Origin: Ruminococcus albus 7 = DSM 20455
GTDB taxonomy: Bacteria > Bacillota > Clostridia > Oscillospirales > Ruminococcaceae
NCBI RefSeq assembly: GCF_000179635.2
Contig: NC_014833.1
Coordinates: 3,270,001-3,302,000, forward strand
Length of the DNA: 32,000 bases
Reading direction: 5' to 3'
In this document: positions 28,203 through 32,000 of the stretch, one piece after another
Layout of the letters: every line of letters begins with the position of its first letter
Numbering within the stretch: the stretch's first letter is position 1
Notes under the pieces: generated by a model
What the model was told of the DNA's origin: nothing
Seen by the model: the letters and a program-made list of their open reading frames with translations, nothing else
The model's database searches: none
Program-made: the position numbers and the translations under genes

Positions 28203-29897
28203 TTATTCAAGTGTGTCTTTCTTCCTCTGCTGAGTGCGTTTTTTCTCTTGGTACTGCCTGTTACGCTCCTGCTGTTCCTTGTTTTGGAGATAGTTACGCA
28301 CCTGTCGGGTGTACTTGTGTGCCGTGTCACGCTTAGTGACAAAGGCATTATGCTCAGGCAACAGAGCATTGTATTTCTCTTTCAGCTTGGTGGACTTCGC
28401 CTGCAAATCGTTCTGCTTAGGCATTTTCCCTTTGATGTAGTAAGGCTTGATATGCTCGGCAATATACTTGTCGGCTTCTTCAAATGCGTCGATAGCGGCA
28501 GCATTCTTCTTGCGGAAACTCTTTTGTGTAAAAGCAGAACGCTCCTGATACTCCTTGTATATAGCATAGTTCTGAGAATGCTGTTCCATCATCGCAATGA
28601 GCTTGTCTATCGGCTCTATCTTAGCTCTCAGCTTGGCAAGTTCGTCCGTGTGGTCATCAGGATGCTTGAAATTCCAGAAGAAGCCCCTGAGATCGTCAAG
28701 CGATGTGATACCGCCAGCTTCAAGGTCGGCAATCATCTTATCGCTGTCACGCATACCCCTGATCTCTGCCCACGGATCTTCTTTCTTTTCAGGTGCTTTA
28801 CTCTCGGTAAGTGTGGGCTGTGGTATCGGGGCAGACGGTTCAGGCTTCGGCTCGGTGGGCTTTGCAGAAGATGCGTTAAGCATATCAAGCTGTGCCTGCC
28901 GTCTTGCTCGTCGGGCTGCAAAGAACTTCTCCACCTGTTCCGCAGCAGCTTTCCTCCTTGCGGTTTCACTCTTTTCTGTGATAGTATTAGGCTCGGCAGA
29001 TTGTTTCGGCTTTGTCGGTGCGGTGACTGTCTGTGTCGGCTTCGGCTCGGTCTTTGGAACAACAGGCTTCGGCGGTTCGATAAGCATATCGGGAGTGACA
29101 TTCGCCGCTGACAGCTTTTCCTGTATCTCTGCTATCTGCTCGGCTATGCGTTCGGGGGTGAAGTCTGCGCCCAGGGTGTCGGCTCTTGTAAACTTCTGTT
29201 GACCGTCACCTGATAGCCTGAATTTCAGCTTAACCTTATTGCTCGGCTTATACACATATTCGATACCGCACTCACTGCACTTTTCAAGAAAGTCCTTGAA
29301 GTCACGGCTGTAAAGCATGACCTCTGCAATTCTGACACGGAGTTTATCTTTCCACGACTTGCCCTCTTTCTGCATATCCCTCTCAAAGTGAGATACCCCA
29401 TGTCCCTTTTCAGGCTCGGAGATAACAGATATACCGTGTTCGGCACATATCTCGTCCGAAATCTCACGCAGCTCTGCCCACGCTCTTTCTGACTTCCTGC
29501 CCTGATTATGCTCGGTGGTGAAGCTGAGTCCGTTATACAAATTTGTGTTGTTAAAAATGATGTGGCAATGCAGGTGCGACTTATCATGGTGGACGGCTAT
29601 CACATACTGATAATCGCCTTTCAGATAACGGTCGCAAAGCTCCTCTCCGATCTGCATAGCTTGTTCGGGTGTGACTTCGCCAGGGGCAAAGCTCTGTATC
29701 ATGTGGTAGGCAAGGATTTGGGTGCGTCCTGTTCCTGTGTTTCGGACGGCTCGGAAGTCCTCGCTTGCTCCTGCACTATCGGCTCGGCAAGCATAAGAGT
29801 TGACATATAAACCGTCGATGGTCTTATCTCCGTTTGTGATGTAAGCGATTGCTGCGCTGACTGTTGCCCGGATCGTATGGATAGAAGTATATGCCAA
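28203..29897 (-). CDS. Mobilisation relaxase (MobA/VirD2-type relaxase/nuclease domain), with a TTG start
   Basis: The 564-aa product has the histidine-triad region YVIAVHHDKSHLHCHIIFNN and an N-terminus (M)AYTSIHTIRATVSAAIAYITNGDKT typical of clostridial element relaxases. A P/K/E-rich linker and a helical C-terminal region follow. TTG at 29895-29897 is the first start-capable codon after an in-frame stop. GAGAGGGG lies 10 nt upstream. Confidence 0.85.
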   Translation of the reverse strand: MAYTSIHTIRATVSAAIAYITNGDKTIDGLYVNSYACRADSAGASEDFRAVRNTGTGRTQILAYHMIQSFAPGEVTPEQAMQIGEELCDRYLKGDYQYVIAVHHDKSHLHCHIIFNNTNLYNGLSFTTEHNQGRKSERAWAELREISDEICAEHGISVISEPEKGHGVSHFERDMQKEGKSWKDKLRVRIAEVMLYSRDFKDFLEKCSECGIEYVYKPSNKVKLKFRLSGDGQQKFTRADTLGADFTPERIAEQIAEIQEKLSAANVTPDMLIEPPKPVVPKTEPKPTQTVTAPTKPKQSAEPNTITEKSETARRKAAAEQVEKFFAARRARRQAQLDMLNASSAKPTEPKPEPSAPIPQPTLTESKAPEKKEDPWAEIRGMRDSDKMIADLEAGGITSLDDLRGFFWNFKHPDDHTDELAKLRAKIEPIDKLIAMMEQHSQNYAIYKEYQERSAFTQKSFRKKNAAAIDAFEEADKYIAEHIKPYYIKGKMPKQNDLQAKSTKLKEKYNALLPEHNAFVTKRDTAHKYTRQVRNYLQNKEQQERNRQYQEKKRTQQRKKDTLE

Positions 29898-30370
29898 ATT
29901 TCATTAACCCCTCTCTTTATCTCGGTAATATCCTCGGCATAGATGTGACCTGTGCTGTAAAGTCGGACAAGTATCTGATTGATGTTCGCTCCGATGCGTT
30001 TCATCAGGCGATTGCATTCGGCAATTTCGGAGCGGTCGGGAGTGAGATCAACCCTCGCCCGAACACAGTCACGGATATACTCGGTCTTGTTCTTGTACCC
30101 GTACTGCTCACACCTTGCTAAAATGTCCTGCATTTCCGATTCCGTAAAGCGAACATTTAGCGTGTAGGACTTCTTCTCCCTCTTGCGTTTCAGGTACTTG
30201 CGTTCATCGTCGGAAAGCTCGTCCTCGGACTTGTGTGCAAGGGTATCGTCAAGCTCGGCTCTGACCTCTTGGTCAAGTGCGTGATTGATAGCTCCCTCAT
30301 AAGTCATACCCTCGAACTCCATAGCCTTGCGCTTGGGCGGTCTGCCACGCTTCTTTTTCTCGGTTTCCAT
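29699..30370 (-). CDS. MobC-like relaxosome accessory protein (ribbon-helix-helix), with a 66-codon tail overlapping the relaxase 5' end
   Basis: The ATG at 30370 has AAAGGAG upstream. The product has an N-terminal basic, AT-hook-like run KKKRGRPPKRK and an RHH-like segment YTLNVRFTESEMQDILARCEQYGYKNKTEYIRDCV. The GANINQILVRL segment matches the MobC-type GxNxNQIAr motif. The frame stays open until 29699. Confidence 0.7.
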   Translation of the reverse strand: METEKKKRGRPPKRKAMEFEGMTYEGAINHALDQEVRAELDDTLAHKSEDELSDDERKYLKRKREKKSYTLNVRFTESEMQDILARCEQYGYKNKTEYIRDCVRARVDLTPDRSEIAECNRLMKRIGANINQILVRLYSTGHIYAEDITEIKRGVNEIWHILLSIRSGQQSAQQSLTSQTEIRPSTVYMSTLMLAEPIVQEQARTSEPSETQEQDAPKSLPTT

Positions 30371-30819
30371 AGTGGTGTCTCCTTTGTTTTTATTTCGGCG
30401 TAAGCCGATATTTTTTTGACCGCTGTGCGGTCATTTCGGGGCTTGGGGTGTACCCAACAAGCATTTGGTATTTTCGCTCGCTGTGCGGCGCAAAATACAA
30501 TGCTTGTTATTTTTGTTGCGCTATGGCGCATATTTTTTCGCCTGAGCTTATCTCTCTGCTCAGGCTTTCGATGCTCCGTCAGCGAATTCGTGGAGCGAAT
30601 GCGACATCTCTCACCGCCGCTTCGGTCGGCGGTATCTCGCTCACGCTCCAGCGTGATGCTTTCAATCATCATCGGTGTCAATATTCTAAACTGGTACGGC
30701 GCAGTTTCAGCGCAATGAGGGCGGCAATCTGGTGAAAAGTTTGCCGTTGAAATTATCCCCATAACAACTTGACGAACTCGAAAACTCTAATGGCGCACAA
30801 AGTTCATGCGCCCTGCGAA
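30371..30819. promoter_or_regulatory. Probable oriT / mob promoter region with a dense cluster of inverted repeats
   Basis: The region holds a palindrome GACCGCtgtGCGGTC (30418-30432) and a ~21-bp imperfect inverted repeat (30457-30477 with 30488-30507). It also holds the hairpins GCCTGAGC/GCTCAGGC (30540-30565), ACCGCCG/CGGCGGT (30613-30633), TCACGCT/AGCGTGA (30641-30656) and GGCGCA/TGCGCC (30792-30812). The last overlaps a GCGCCCT string at 30808-30814. No credible CDS is present. Confidence 0.5.
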
Positions 30820-30849
30820 TAGACAGATAGCTCCGAAATTTGCTATAAT
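30820..30849 (+). promoter_or_regulatory. Sigma-A promoter (extended -10) for the plus-strand genes from 30908 onward
   Basis: The plus strand reads TAGACA (30820-30825), an 18-nt spacer ending in TGc, then TATAAT (30844-30849). Confidence 0.5.
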
Positions 30850-30907
30850 ATTATCGTGGGGTTAAATCAAATCCTGCGATACTCCAAACCGAAAAGAGGT
30901 GATGCGA

Positions 30908-31315
30908 ATGAGCAAGAAAGCTAAGAGTGAGGTCGCTGACAACTCTGCTGATACCGTCATGGACGGAGTGCTGTCTGAAAATCAGGCAAAGCTCAACAAA
31001 CTGAACAGTTCTATTCAGGCAGCCTATGAACGCCGTCGTAAGATTATTACGGACAGCAAACTCTACACCTACGATAAGCTCTCACAGCTTTACGGTGGTG
31101 CTGAGGGGCAGGCACTTCTCGATGCAGTCACTGCGGAGCATATGCTGATCGGCAAACTGACCGACAGCGGAATGTCCTACGCTGACATCGAGGGGCTGGT
31201 CGATAGCTCTGACGGTGCAGACAACAAGTCGGGCAATGTTTCCAACAACGGCTCTGCCGATGATGAATTTGTCGGGCAAACTTCTTTCTTCGGAGATAAT
31301 TCCTACAAGGATTAA
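30908..31315 (+). CDS. Hypothetical element protein of 135 aa, with a coiled-coil-like N-terminal half and an acidic/Gly-Ser tail
   Basis: The ATG at 30908 lies 6 nt after AAGAGGTG. The product begins MSKKAKSEVADNSADTVMDGVLSENQAKLNKLNSSIQAAYERRRK... No family was recognised. Confidence 0.55.
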   Translation: MSKKAKSEVADNSADTVMDGVLSENQAKLNKLNSSIQAAYERRRKIITDSKLYTYDKLSQLYGGAEGQALLDAVTAEHMLIGKLTDSGMSYADIEGLVDSSDGADNKSGNVSNNGSADDEFVGQTSFFGDNSYKD

Positions 31316-31474
31316 CATATTTCCGACAACAAAACGATAGCTGTGAGAGGGACGGCAGCAATGCCGTTCCGCACGGCTATAATCACAACCAACAACCATG
31401 AGGGTAAGAGATATAAAGCGAAGCCCTCAAACCAAAAGCATAGAAACAGACAAGCTAAAGGAGAAAAATTCGCT

Positions 31475-31678
31475 ATGAATGAAACAACAACTGCCGCCGT
31501 TGCGGTAACAGATAACGTGTCCGAGTATCATATCGGGCATACAACATACAGAGTGAAAACTGTCTTTAACCCAGCTTTTCGGGAGAGCCTGAGCGATATA
31601 CTTGCAAGGCTCATCACAGAGGACTGTGAGAAAATGCTCGGTGAATCCGGACAAGAACAGGACAAGCAGGCTGTGTGA
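31475..31678 (+). CDS. Small TnpW-like transposon protein of 67 aa
   Basis: The ATG at 31475 has AAAGGAG 10 nt upstream. The core YHIGHTTYRVKTVFNPAFRESLSDILARLI resembles the (I/V)G-TTY-V-V-F...ILRLI pattern that I recall for clostridial 'transposon-encoded TnpW' proteins. These typically sit just upstream of a large serine recombinase. The longer ORF in the track (from 31343) has no support. Confidence 0.55.
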   Translation: MNETTTAAVAVTDNVSEYHIGHTTYRVKTVFNPAFRESLSDILARLITEDCEKMLGESGQEQDKQAV

Positions 31679-31723
31679 AATTTTAGCTTGGTGTGTATTG
31701 ACTTTTTCGGCAATGCGCGCTAA

Positions 31724-32000
<277 letters not shown>

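Noticed and set aside
30304-30762. A 152-aa minus-strand ORF and two ~95-100-aa plus-strand ORFs (30416-30718, 30448-30735) between mobC and the plus-strand operon.
   Set aside because: They overlap one another across the inverted-repeat cluster, have Arg/Cys/Ser-rich compositions and lack an RBS. The region is better explained as oriT and promoter DNA.

Overview
The window has two parts. Bases 1 to about 23,540 are a conserved Firmicutes/Clostridia core chromosome, probably Ruminococcus- or Oscillospiraceae-like judging from the EF-Tu, RpoB and RpoC sequences (low-confidence guess). Almost all genes here are on the minus strand. In transcription order they are: a four-gene operon (small membrane protein, alpha/beta hydrolase, ComM/YifB, hypothetical); a ~650 nt gene-free gap; rpoB-rpoC; an accessory insertion (cytoplasmic serine hydrolase, then ECF sigma factor plus a 571-aa membrane partner); rpsL-rpsG-fusA-tuf; and the 5' part of a Tet(M)/TetB(P)-like ribosomal-protection-type GTPase. 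A phosphoglucomutase gene lies on the plus strand. Textbook TTGACA-N17-TATAAT promoters and hairpin-plus-U-tract terminators can be read for most operons. From about 23,542 to the window end there is an integrated mobilisable element that continues past base 32,000. It carries a small element-type ORF and a visibly AT-rich three-gene operon: a Dam-family (D12) N6-adenine methyltransferase, an AlwI-family Type IIS endonuclease and an orphan 237-aa gene. It also carries a minus-strand mobC-relaxase-small serine recombinase operon, a hairpin-rich probable oriT, two small plus-strand ORFs (one TnpW-like) and the start of a large serine recombinase. The best candidate for something undescribed is the orphan 237-aa gene co-transcribed with the R-M pair. 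It could be a second nuclease subunit or a new defence partner. Other points worth a look are the ~100-aa hyper-acidic RpoB tail, the gene-free gap upstream of rpoB, the accessory sigma/hydrolase insertion between rpoC and rpsL with duplicated terminator-promoter modules, and short repeats at the cassette and resolvase junctions. I saw no rRNA, tRNA or CRISPR array. All homology statements come from reading translations against remembered family motifs. No searches were run.
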